A stretch of 64,000 bases of DNA from Octopus vulgaris (taxonomy: Eukaryota). Every line of letters begins with the position of its first letter. The first letter of the stretch is position 1. The translations under genes and the position numbers were made by a program. Below the pieces are notes generated by a model. The model saw nothing but the letters and a program-made list of their open reading frames with translations. It made no database searches and had not been told where the DNA came from. Positions 43,551-55,993 of the stretch are shown here, piece after piece. The stretch spans positions 53,878,001 through 53,942,000 of the forward strand of contig OX597824.1 in the NCBI GenBank assembly GCA_951406725.2. Reading direction: 5' to 3'.

Positions 43551-46500
43551 CTATGTTATTTTAAATCAGTATATAACTGCATGTTAATTAGACCAGTAAC
43601 AGAATTGTTAATACTGATTCAATACAAGTTTCTGGTGTCTTTTTTTTAAAAAGAAGTAAAATTATCAATTTAGATTTTAAAATTTTTACCTTTTTAATGA
43701 GGGAAGATTTTATGAGATACCATCTAAGCTTTTAGATGCTGTTTGTGAGGTCTATTTTTCATTGGGTTACTGATTTCCCCTGTCTTTTCCATTGCTACTA
43801 TAATAGTTTCAGTTATTTGGAGATGGTTGTTTCATACCTTCACCACTTGTCACCCTTGATGTGTGCAACTCTCCTTTCCTTCTACTAACCACTATACCTA
43901 ATCCTTTATCCCTAGAATATCATCCCTCTGGAATCTCTTTTTTTTCAGGTGTTAATCTGTAACCATTTAAATGGAATGTTAATGGTATCAATCTTATTAG
44001 TTTTGGAAGAGTTGCAAAGTTCACAGGCTCTGCCCCATCTTTCAGACTCAAGGAAGTAACAACATTCTCTTATATTTTACATCTATTTTCTGCATATTAG
44101 CATGGGTTGGATAGATTTTACTAAGTGAAACATTTGAAATAGAACAACATATTCCAGTTTTATAAAATAACTACTCAGCTATAAAAAAAAAGAGTACAAT
44201 CGAGTAAGACACAAACATCTAACCAAGTATCCATCATAGGGCCTCTTAAACTCACAGTAATTTTTATGTTTTACTAAATAGCATGTAATATTTATAAAAG
44301 GCTCTGTACTTTTGTATACTAGGCAAAAACCATACAATAAATTTAAAAACTCTGCAATAAAGCACTGCATTTCATATTTCTAATAATAGCAATCTGGTTT
44401 AGATAAATAAAAAAAATCCTAAAACTAGTTTAGTTAACTCATCTTTTCATTAATGTACTAAAACTATAAATGTAAGGACCCTTGTATAAGGATGGTATTT
44501 AAAATCTATCTTAAGAATTATTTTTTGAACTTCATATTTTTAATATTTCATGTTATATGAAGACCAGTCTAATAAAAAGAAAAGAAAAAAAAGAGCCCAT
44601 GCTATCATGCAAGTTAAAGAGTCTGAGATTTCTTCAAAAACGAAAAATCTTCTCAATGTCATGATCATTTAGGAGTATAAGGAGTAAAAAGAAAATATGA
44701 TAAAGAAATTAAGTTTAAAAACAGTAACATAGTTTAGTAGTTGAGCAACCAGATGAAACGCAGTATTAGAGCAAGCATAGTTATTACAAAGTTGCAATGG
44801 GCTCTCAGAGTTTTGTACTCACATTATCTGTATCCCGTCTATGATTAGGTTCATACTACAAAGGAAGTAGGTAGGACAATTTTGAAGAGAAAAAAAATGC
44901 ACCAGAAAATTATCTTATTCAGTGGAGGGGAAAGGAGTAACTGGAGCCGCAGCAGTAGCAGTAGATCTATAGTACATTTAATATACTGTTATAAGGTCTA
45001 AACTGTCAATGTTCTTTGTGGTAAATCCTGATTTTCACATAAAAAGTACTATAACTAAACCTAAGAGATGGGGGGGAAAAAAAACAAAATTAACAAATAA
45101 CAAAATATCACAATGGAATCATTTTAAAATTTAGAAAAGAGAATGCAATGAAAGCATATTGAAAATGTGACAGATTTAATCAAATATTTCCTATTTCAGC
45201 CAATAATTAAGAATATTCATTATTGCAAGATGATGATGATGATGATATAAAAATCTAAACTATTTTGAAATAGAAATGAACATGTTATGGAACAGAGTAC
45301 AATTGAAATATTAAAAAATGTGAGCAAGCAGAAAATTATTAGATAAGAAATAAAGTTAGAGGAGTTGTAGTGCACCTGAGTATTCTATACAATATATTCA
45401 ATAAGCTCATTATTATTTTATAGACTCAGGTGCCTTAAAATGTCTTTTTCTCTCTCCTTTTCTCAACCATAATATATGAACTGAATAAGAAACATATCTA
45501 TTTTACTTTTAATTATTTCTTGATGCAAGTTTCCTTTGACCTCTTTAGTCACTCCATAACATTAATTCCAATAATAGCAACAAATAATTTTCACAAGAAA
45601 GGTGATAAATACAGCTAGAAACTAGTTGTTCTCTAAAAATGAACTTATACATAATTTATCTACACATCACAATCTTAGTACTTATGACTAGCTCAACCAT
45701 ATCTATCACACACGCTACCTATGTTTTTGTTTAGTATTTGATCAGCAGTAGTTTAAGATGCCAATCAACAATCAAGAACTTTATTCTATTGATAAAATGT
45801 AGCAACAGCAGAGGACATAATAGTGGGGTTTTGTCCTTTGGCTTAAGATTCAATATTAAAACAGAAGTCGAAGAACAAAATCAGAACTCAAAAATTTGGT
45901 AACTATAATTTGATGTAGCACACACAGAGTTTCTGAGAAAGCCAAATGACATTATTTACATTAATTACATTTGACAGATATTTGTCCTCATTTTATTTGT
46001 TGTTAACATGTTTCGGCTGATGTAATCTCCAGCCTTCACCAGGTGTCCTGGGGGAACTTTGAACTCGAGTTCTCATTCCTAAGGTATTTTTCTGATATTA
46101 TTATTATTATTCAGGTCACTGGAATCAAACTCAGAATCTTGGGGTTAGTAGCCTGAGCTCTTAACCACTACGCCATATGCCCATGGGCAATTATGGAGTG
46201 AATTTTAGGGCTTATAAATCTAATATTTTCCTATCCTTTCTCAATACCGGTTCCTATATGCTACTCATATCTGCACTAGGTTTGCTTAGGAGGTTATTAT
46301 GTCCTAGCATATATGCTGCCTCTTTTAGTTTCATATTTTCCAGTAGTGTACTATATCTATTATTTTAACTTCATCCCACAGGGGGAGGTGGTCTTCTTTT
46401 TTCCACACATGATCAGCTATACTCAATTTATCAATATCTCCTGTTGATAAATTGGGTATAGCTGATCATGTATGGAGAAATGGAGACCGCCTTTCCCTGA

Positions 46501-46694
46501 AGGATGAAATTAAAATAATAGACAGAGAACACCACTGGAAAATACGAAAACTAAAAGAGGCAGCACATATGCTAGGACATAAAAACCTCCTAAGCAAACC
46601 TAGTGCAGATGAGTAGCATATGGGAACCGGTTTTAAGGAAGAATAGGAAAATATTAGATTTATAAGCCCTAAAATTCATTCCATAATTGCCCAT

Positions 46695-46768
46695 GAGCAT
46701 ATGGTGTAGTGGTTAAGAGCATGGGCTACTAACCGCAAGATTCCAAGTTCAATTGCAGGCAGTGCCTG
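46695..46768 (+). ncRNA. tRNA-derived Pol III-type cassette inside the Penelope-like arm (mirror copy ~46112-46182 on minus); not a functional tRNA
   Basis: A-box TGGYGTAGTGG, anticodon-like arm GGG-CTACTAA-CC(C/G), B-box-like RAGTTYRATT. Confidence 0.65.
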
Positions 46769-46829
46769 AATAATAATAACATCGGGAAAATACCTTAGGA
46801 ATGAGAACCCAGGTTCAAAATTCCCCCAG

Positions 46830-46875
46830 GACACCTGATGAAGGCTGGAGAATACATCAGCCAAAACTGGTTAAC
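46830..46875 (+). ncRNA. Degenerate minimal hammerhead ribozyme (mirror copy ~46003-46048 on minus)
   Basis: CTGATGA-A-GGCTG-loop-CAGCC-AAAAC here; CTGGTGA-A-GGCTG-loop-CAGCC-GAAAC in the mirror arm. Each copy has one core mutation; together they reconstruct CUGAUGA...GAAA. Confidence 0.75.
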
Positions 46876-47794
46876 AAACAAGATGAGGACAAATATCTGT
46901 CAAATGTAAATAATGTACATAATTCCTCATCTCTCAAATATAAAACAGTGCCAACTGAAATATTTCTAAATTCTAATTTATCAATCTAAAATCACTGGTA
47001 GAGTGGAAAGGAAGTTGTTATCAAATTAAGCTGACAAAATGATTAAAAATTTTTTTATAACTACTTCACTCATATCAATAAAAATGTAGTTAAAGCTATG
47101 AACACCACTATTACTCCAACAGAACGAGTCATTAAAGACTAGTTGTGATTTGCTTCAAAACTGATTATAATACCTAAGTAAAAATAATCAAATATTGTTT
47201 TCTTTTGAGAAGAAAAAAACCCCAATTTTTGAGGAATGGGAAATAGTTAATTGTACTGACCCCGATATTTCAGGGGACTTGTTTTATTGACACCTAAAGA
47301 ATGAAAGGTGAAGTTTACCCTCAAGGGATTTAAACTCAAAATGTTAATAAATTAACTAAATACCAGTCATTTTCTTTATTACTCTAGTTTCAAAATAAAA
47401 TTGTGCAAAAAGTTTGCCTGAAATGCAACCACTGCACTGATTAAACTCAAATTTGTTAGTGGCCTGCTAAGCTAGAGGAGGAACAATTGATTAAAATTAA
47501 CAGCAGTACTTATTTAACATAAACTCAGACTGTAAACAAACATAGCTAAATACTGCAAAACAAAAGATTTAGTGACCTACATCTGTAATCTACCAATTCT
47601 CCCAATCCAACTATTATATTATTTAAAAGTTAAATTCTAGTCTGCTTTTAGAATGTAGTTAATGAGAACATATATATATATATAATGAGTAGAAAAGAAT
47701 AAGTAAAATAACATGCTGAAATTTCAAAAAACCACTGATGAATATAGAAAAAATATTTGATATTAAAACATGCAGATTACTTATTTAATTGTAC

Positions 47795-47958
47795 CTGATC
47801 TTCAATGGCTTTGTGGTCAGTTTCTTGAAGCCAGGAACCCAGAATTACACTATCATCTACATGACACATTGATCGTAAGTGTGATGTTGTAGTATTAGCA
47901 GGGTTATCTGTCAATGTGAACTCTGCAACTAGTTCTCGTAGCAATGTTGTGTAGGTAG
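47795..47958 (-). CDS. HEATR5B: HEATR5 exon E ([55 protein letters not shown])
   Basis: TTTTTCTAG acceptor, CAG|GTACAA donor, 164 nt, phase 1-0. Confidence 0.93.
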
Positions 47959-49681
47959 CTAGAAAAATTAAGAAAATGCATTGACATAATTTAATGGTAC
48001 AAGTGAAAAAAGGATCAAAATAAAATTGTGCAAAAGGTTTGACTGAAATGCTACCACTGCACTGATTAAACCCAAATTTGTTAGTTATTTTACATATGTA
48101 AAATAAAGTTAATCATGTCTCTACACTATCACTCAAACTGATAGAAATAGTAAATGGACTTTCTAAAACTACAACCATTTTAAAACTAGAAGGGTACATA
48201 GATGAATGAATCCTAAATAAACTATGTCTGACAAAACTAGAGATGGCCAGCCTTTGATCATAAATCTGCTCATCCAGGACTACTGCAATAATAAAGTCAA
48301 ACAGTGTCTGTGAGACTCCACAACACAGAAGAACTGTCAGTATAGATTTCAGAAAGGATACTGGAACTGCAACAGTCAGCAGCCTGTTGAAAGGTAGACT
48401 GAGTTTCATGTCAAACAAAGTTGTTAGTTAATGTTATTGAGCAGTAGAAGGGACATCACAATAATGTGCATCTCACATCACTTGATAAAAAAGAGGAAAA
48501 CTCACATCCACACTTCACATGTGAATATACACACATATGAAGTTTATAGTTTATTATATGTTTATTACAAGTATACACATATTTCTATCATGCAAATATA
48601 AACCAAGAACTTTCATACTACTACAGCATCAAAATACAAAACTACCCACCCAAGATTAAAGAATTAGAGTCCTTTCAATCTGACCTTCTAAGCATAATAA
48701 CTAATATTAAGTTCTACAAAAACATTAACTCTTTCCAGTTAGGTAAACCAATAAAACAGTTTTGTCTGACAAGGCTAAGAACCTTTATTTAACAACTACC
48801 ACAAACAAAAATTTATGAACAATATAAACCCAAATTATAAGGAAAACTAGAGAACATAATAGTATAAACAACATTTTGTCCTTGGGCAGTGTTTATTCCT
48901 TTACTGTATGGACTTAAAATGTAAAGGGAATGGCTATCATTCTCTTCAAACTAGACTTTTGTGACCCCAATAAGATTTGGAAATCTATCTACTACAAGAA
49001 CATTCCAGATAGACTCAGTACTGAGCAGCCAATAGAGAATTTTCTTGAACTTTTGAGAATCATGAATTTTCTAGAATTTACCATTAATATAACTACAGGA
49101 ACCTTGAGCTCGCCAGTTCAGTTTAGTTCTAGATGCCTCAGTAGACAGGCCTATTTGCATTTATCTGAGATGGTATCAAGAAACTGCAAGTATCTGGCAG
49201 ATGCATTTTCTTGTCTGTGGCTGATTTATTAAGACAAAGCTGAAAAAGTACTCTGAGACAGCATTCACTAAAATGTGTGAGGCCTATAAGGCTTACTTCA
49301 GCAATGCTTGCTAGGAATCAAGACAAAATTCTGGCACCTCTTTTCATCAGCAAAAAATCTCAGAAGGTGAGATGTAAAATTTTGTTTGCTTGAATAATAG
49401 AATTCTATATAAAGATACTTAGAATTTTAAAAATTAAAATAAATGTATTTTGTCCTTAATAATTCTATTTTGCTCTCATTTGCAGAATGGTACAGAAGGG
49501 AAAAGAGAGCCACGAAATTCATTATCCTAAGATGCTGGCAAGAACTCACTGACAACTTAAGCAATTGCTACTTCCAAATAGTCAGCCCATCCAAATGTCA
49601 AGTTAGCAAGAATATATCTATCAAGTACATGAGAGAAAGAGATAGAGTGTAGTAAGTCAAAATGAGAGGAAGACATTGTGG

Positions 49682-50400
49682 ATATGAGATGGTCTTAAAA
49701 GGTTCTTGGGCTAGTTACATTTAATAAAAACTAATTTATTCATGTAAGTTTTAACATCATCTCCTTCAAAATAGTTCTCTTGTGCAGCAATACACCAGTC
49801 CCAGCTTTCCTAACACTTTTGGAATCTGGACTGGAAGTTGTTTACCATAAGCGAGTCGAAGACCTGTGATTCACTCTGGATCTTGACAATGGTTGTTACA
49901 ATGGTGACCTTTGAGCTGCATTTTCATCTTGGGGGAAGAGATGGAAGTATGCAGGTGCTAAATCTGGTGAATTGGGCAGGTGCAAAAGCAATATCCTGTT
50001 GATTTTGGCAAGAAGTTCACGAGCTCGGTGAGGAATCCAATTCTTCATGCTCCACAGATCTGGTCACTTTTGCTTAATGTCTTTCCTCAAACACTTCAAA
50101 AATGCAGTAGAATTCTCAACTGATGTTTGGCCTTGTGGGATGAGTTAATGACCAATACCACATTTCCAGGGATGACACATGTGGCAGGCATTCCAAATCG
50201 CTCATCATATTCCAGGGATGTTCTCTCACTTTTGAAGCACCAGAGCCACTTGAAACATTGCATACAACCCATTGCCTTGTTACCGTAAGCTTGCCGAGGT
50301 ATGCTCAATGTCTCTGTAGCAGACTTCCCAAGTTTAACGCAAAATTTCACGTTGGCTCTTTGTCCTTGTCTATGACAAAATTGCAGATTACAGCATAAAT
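49682..50400 (-). mobile_element. Internally deleted second mariner-type element
   Basis: KFCVKLGKSATETLS..RQAYGNKAM...F..ERTSLEYDERFG HTH region; C-terminal WDWCIAAQENYFEGD at ~49757-49805. Confidence 0.75.
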
Positions 50401-50559
50401 ATAATCACAAAAATATAAATTTTACAACTTGTGAAGTAAACACAGCAATGTCACTTAGCATACTGCCTCATGAAAGTCACTGCTAGTTCTCACTGCATGC
50501 ATTGTAATTTCAGAGGTGCAGCTAAGGAGAGAAAACCATATCTAGGCTCAAGTAGTGAA

Positions 50560-51590
50560 ACTGGTTAGATGAAAGAGTGCCAGGTTAAAAATCATCTGGA
50601 TTTTATGAGGTTCTTCATTCATCTGGATGGACACTACTTGTACCACAATGTAATCAGCCTGTTTGAGGCAATAAATAGGAAAAATGTATCTATCTTTTCC
50701 ACTAGCTCACTCAGCACATCTCTAAGAAGAAAACAAGTGTCGAGACTTTGCTAGGTAACTTGAAGTATGATGGCTATAATTGGGAAGTTATTGGAGACCT
50801 GATAGTCTTCTAGATGGGTCTCCATTGTGACTTTCCAAGTTTCCTTGCTTTCTTTGCCTTTGACAGAGACAATGCGACACACTATCACATGTGACACTGG
50901 TCGCAATAGACTGAATTCTCTGTGTGGAAGAAGTGTGAAATGTTAGTGAGCTCCTGGAAGATGTTGTTTCAGAAGCTCACATACACATAATACTGGGTTT
51001 TATGAAAGAATTTATCATGACTCCTGATGAATAATCTGAAGCCTTTGACTACTTTCAAGACTTCTTCCTCAAACTGTTTGAGGCAAAGGTCAAAACAAGT
51101 GTTTCAGATGGACCATAAAGATCCCGGACAGCACAGAATTCCCCACAACACACAGTAAAAAAGAGAATGCAAGCATACTAAGTGGAGCAAGCTGAGTGCT
51201 TCCACAAACATATATTAGACTTTGAACCTTACTACAAAGGAATGTATAACATAAACATGAGAGACTATATTTAGAGGTCAATACTTGAAAGAGTTTTACA
51301 TTACAATCTTAAATCTTGAAAAACACTACTTACTGCTAAACTTTAGTATTTACTTTGTGTGATAAATGTTAAATTTAATTTATAAGTGTTTTTTTTCTGA
51401 CCTTACATAAATGAAAATGTCTAAATTCCCCCTTTTCCAAATGGAAACAGGTTACTTTCAAAATACCATTATTCAAGTCATAAAAGTAAAGTTTGAAGGA
51501 AATAACAGCCATTTTCTCTACATTTTTCAGCACAAGCAGCATGTAAACAATACTTGTAACACAGGAACAAAGAGTGTGCTATATAGTGCA
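50560..51590 (+). mobile_element. Degenerate Chapaev3-like (CMC superfamily) transposase remnant; ends approximate
   Basis: KYDGYNWEVIGDL, KFPCFLCL, HIILGFMKEFI...SEAFDYFQDFFLKLFEAKVK...DGP resemble Chapaev3 motifs (WxICGDLK, CFLCxWDSR, LHIKLGLMKxFVKA) as I recall them. Confidence 0.65.
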
Positions 51591-52337
51591 ATGAAAATTG
51601 CACAAGAATTAAAAGTAGACTTCAAGCTGGAAACATTAGCTTAGTACAAAGTATTCATAACACCCAAGGTCTACGAAGAACATTTCATCTTTAATTCCCA
51701 AATGTAGGCTTATTAACCCTGCCAAATCCAAGATAAAGTTAATCAGTAAGAAAATAAGTAACAAAATCATAATATAAAAAGAGCAACTAATCTGCAGCAA
51801 TAAAAAAATAGTCATATAATAATAATGGAAATAATAAAATACACAAGTTTACTTAATTTGATATCTTAAGCTTATACTCCTCTATATCTATGACCCAACT
51901 CACCAGTGCAATAGAGTTTGCTAAGAACTATAATATCAGAGAAGATCATACTTCATGCAAGAAAAACCCTATTTTTCATTAAGGACTCCATCTGCATCAA
52001 AAATTCTGATCCAGAGGGTGTCTTTGATATTAGCATATAAAGCCTTGGAGTATGTGATTTTATACATTTTCAACACACCAAGACTTCAGATCACATATCA
52101 ACCATCATATAAGAGGTTTTCATAAGTCGAAAGGTGTAAGCCACAGTTTGGCTAAAAGCCAATACTAATTATACTTCACATAATTAATTATCTATAAGAA
52201 GTATACTTTCATATGAAAGAAAAACTAGACAATATAGTGGCAAAATAAACTACAAAGGTAATAAACATAACCAAAAAATAAGTTTAAAATAACTTGTATA
52301 GAACTGCCACATTATGTTTGCAAATAAACTAAGTTTA

Positions 52338-52511
<174 letters not shown>

Positions 52512-53181
52512 TTACATAAATGCTGAAAGGAATCTTTTCCCTAAATGGTGATGGTGATAATGATTTTGAAACATAGTCTATATCTACTGATGTGTTTGCC
52601 AATCTAAAGATAGTTTTAGAATGTTCTTTTAAAGAGCAGTTTATGCCTCATTTAGAAAGTAATGTTTTCAGTTTCTTATAGAAGTTGGAGATTTTAAAAG
52701 TAAATTTTAAAAAATGCATATTACAACTATTGAGAGTGTATTTTAAACTTTCAGAACATAAATTCTATGTATCTTTAGATACATAGAATGGAGCAGTTTC
52801 TGAAAGACACTGAAATAGATCAAGCAAGAAACTCAAAACAAAAGTGATAATAATTTTGAACATATGAAACATTGCTGATCTATATAAACCATGTTATAGA
52901 TAACCAATGTAAATAGGCTAATCAAAGAACATCACCAAAATTTGAGAAAACTAGTGATGGTTAAATACAGACATAGTGTTGATTTAGTACATTTATAACA
53001 AAAAAAATATTGCTTAGTTAGTATTAAACATAAAATATAAATTCCATTTGATTCCATTTTTTAAAGAAATATTTAACAATTTTTAAACATGTAGCATATA
53101 TGTAGCTTTTACAAGTACTACTGAGCAGAAATAATGTAATTTTACTCATGGCTGCCCTTTCTACCACTAACCATGAATTAA

Positions 53182-53404
53182 CCCTTTTGTTGCTGTATTT
53201 ATTTTGAGATGCTTTGTGTTTCTTTCAATTAATTTTAAAAGTAACAAAGAATTTACTAAAATAACTTAGTTGTCATTAAGTTGGAGTTAGGAACATAAAT
53301 TGTGACTAAGGTTTGGTGGAAGATTTTAATTAAAAAAAATATGAAAACAAAACATTTGTACTACAGAGCCAGAGGCAGTTTCAGCTAGGTTGGTATTGAA
53401 AGGG
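53182..53404. mobile_element. piggyBac MITE
   Basis: TTAA TSDs at 53178-53181 and 53405-53408; same family as 38995-39216. Confidence 0.87.
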
Positions 53405-53662
53405 TTAAAAATGAAACCTGTCATCAATTTTACAAATTATAAACTTTCAAGAACTTTCCAATGAATAATTTCATAGACATGATTTCACAATTGCTTGAAG
53501 TTCAATAAAGAAACCTTTATCTGGGTGCTGGAACATATAGAAGTAGTAGCAATCAAATTTCCCCCAGATCTTAAACATGAAAGTGTAAATTAATGAGTTC
53601 CTAAGTATCCCTAAAAACACAGGAAGCTCATGTGTGCTCAATTAAGGTTGACCTGAGGTTAA

Positions 53663-54829
53663 CCCTTTCGTTACCAAACCGCCCAAAGCTGCCCGAAAAA
53701 ATTTAGGTTAATGTGACCAAACCGCCCAAATTTACCTATTCATATTTAAATGAGAATATCAGAGCAAATCTCTTTGGTACATTCGTGAAAACATGTGATT
53801 ATACTTCGTAAACAGTTTATCTACAGTTTTGTACAACGATTGACGTGTAATTTTAATTCCCTGAATTTTGGGAGATTTTTTTCCACATTTTTTTTGGCAT
53901 CGATTTTTCTTCAACTTTGAAAATGGATTGGAGTTTCATGTTATCAAGCATTGATTCCGAATTGGAAAATTTGTGAAACAAATACTGGGTACTGTTGTGG
54001 ATTTAGTTTTTATACAGGGAAACTAATGTTAGTAAGCATGGCTTAGGGTATGATGTGGTCTGGAAGTTATTGTTTGAAGCGATCAATGCGGAAACAAACT
54101 TACGCAAAATGTAAACAAACATAAAATGGGGGTTCAAATTTCGGAAAATTTGTGAAGCAAATACTGGGTACTGCATGGATTTAGTTTTTATACAGGGAAA
54201 ATAATGTTAGTCAGCATGGCCTAGGGAACGATGTGGTCTGGAATTTATCACTTCCATACCATAACCAGGGCCGTATATTATTTTTTGACCGATTTCTTTA
54301 GTTCGGTCAAACTTGCGGTGGATTCCAGTATTTCACTTTATTCCACCTTTATGGTACACCTGTTGTGCATTAAATTCAACTGATGATATAGTGATGTGCA
54401 CAATTCTTCTTTATCAAAATTTTGTTGCATACCCATTTGAATATTAGCTGATGATTCATTTTCTATGGTGATGTTTAAACAAAATTTTAATAGTTTTACC
54501 TTTTGCTCAATTTAAAATTTTAATATTTTTACCTTTCACTCAATTTACCTGGATTTACCTGTAATTAAAGTCACTTTGAAACAAAAGTTATGCAATAAAT
54601 GGCGGTGCCCCAGCATGGCCACAGCTCATGAGCTGAAACTAGAATCAATCAATCAATAGAATTGATTAAGAACCCTTTCTTTAATTATGTTCCAAATATC
54701 ACATTAATATGTTGATAAGTAAAAAAGTTACAGTTATTTAATGAAACAAGCCTAGATTCATGATTATTTTAGAATTTAATTGAAACTCATGAGGGGTGTA
54801 TTTTGGTCAGAAATATAGTAACAAAAGGG
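53663..54829 (+). mobile_element. Second non-autonomous piggyBac derivative (same family as 4609-5972)
   Basis: TTAA TSDs, CCCTTTCGTTAC / GTAACAAAAGGG TIRs, long aligned blocks with copy 1. Confidence 0.9.
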
Positions 54830-55374
54830 TTAAACAGCACCCTGGAGTTCATTACAATCCAGGTACTGTTTATGAATTATTTATTAAGTGCACCAAATCT
54901 GAGAAAAATTGAAGTAATGTTTTCTTGTAAAAAAAAAAAATTAAAGAGAAATATTGATTACACATCCATTTTGTAATAGAGTCAATTCATTTTTCATGAT
55001 GAGAATGGTTATAATTATCCCCACTGACAGATTTTAATCATTATTCAAATCAATATAGGGAACCTCAAAAGTCTAAATGCAGTTACATTAAATAACGACA
55101 AAACTAAATAATGATAGCAAGTACTAGTGATCAAAACTAATGGTTTTTGTGTCATGAGTTCATATTCTGTAGTAAGATAATTTGTTGTATCACTGGGTAA
55201 CACATGCTTCTACAAATCTCAGCTTATTTAATTATGTTATTCAGGGTAATTTATCAGATATAGGGCCGCATTCTCATTAGATTTGTTTTGAGTTTTCTTA
55301 ATGCTATCAACACCAGCATATCAGAAATCTATTAAAAATGCAAAATGTTCAAACTTAATGGTTGAAATACTTAC

Positions 55375-55474
55375 TGAGACAGCATAATTAGAGCACATTC
55401 TAGAGGGGCCAGAAGCCTGCGAATGACATCTTCAGTTACCAATTCTCGACAGTTCTGCAGGAAGCTTTGCATTG
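55375..55474 (-). CDS. HEATR5B: HEATR5 exon C ([33 protein letters not shown])
   Basis: TTTTCTCAG acceptor, CA|GTAAGT donor, 100 nt, phase 1-2; not in ORF track. Confidence 0.92.
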
Positions 55475-55651
55475 CTGAGAAAATTTTTTAAAAATTACTT
55501 AAAGAATTCCATAAAGAAAGAAAAAAAAATCTATATTAAATACAATGGTTTTCAAACTATAAGACATCCATACTCTTTGGAGAGAGTACAAAAGGATTGC
55601 AGAAGGACTACAGCTGATGGATGAAAAAAATGTAGAGTAAAACTGAACTTA

Positions 55652-55993
<342 letters not shown>

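Larger units (their letters stand above)
45951..46923. mobile_element. Penelope-like element end duplicated as a ~970-bp palindrome (inverted pseudo-LTRs), 9-nt loop 46435-46443
   Basis: Arms are reverse complements. The + arm encodes a GIY-YIG-type C-terminus GIADHVWRNGD...EIKIIDREHHWKIRKLKEAAHM (46443-46616), then a tRNA-like segment and a hammerhead core. Confidence 0.85.

Noticed and set aside
44920-44980. GC-richer island with AG...GT on minus (microexon candidate)
   Set aside because: 25 nt, frame-breaking, weak donor GTTACT, no HEATR5 similarity
46695-46768. Functional tRNA-Ser(ACU) gene
   Set aside because: Acceptor and T stems do not pair properly and it sits inside a mobile element; treated as tRNA-derived only
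48870-49360. Possible hAT-type transposase remnant (ENFLELLRI; KLKKYSETAF)
   Set aside because: Only two short motifs and no TIRs or TSD found
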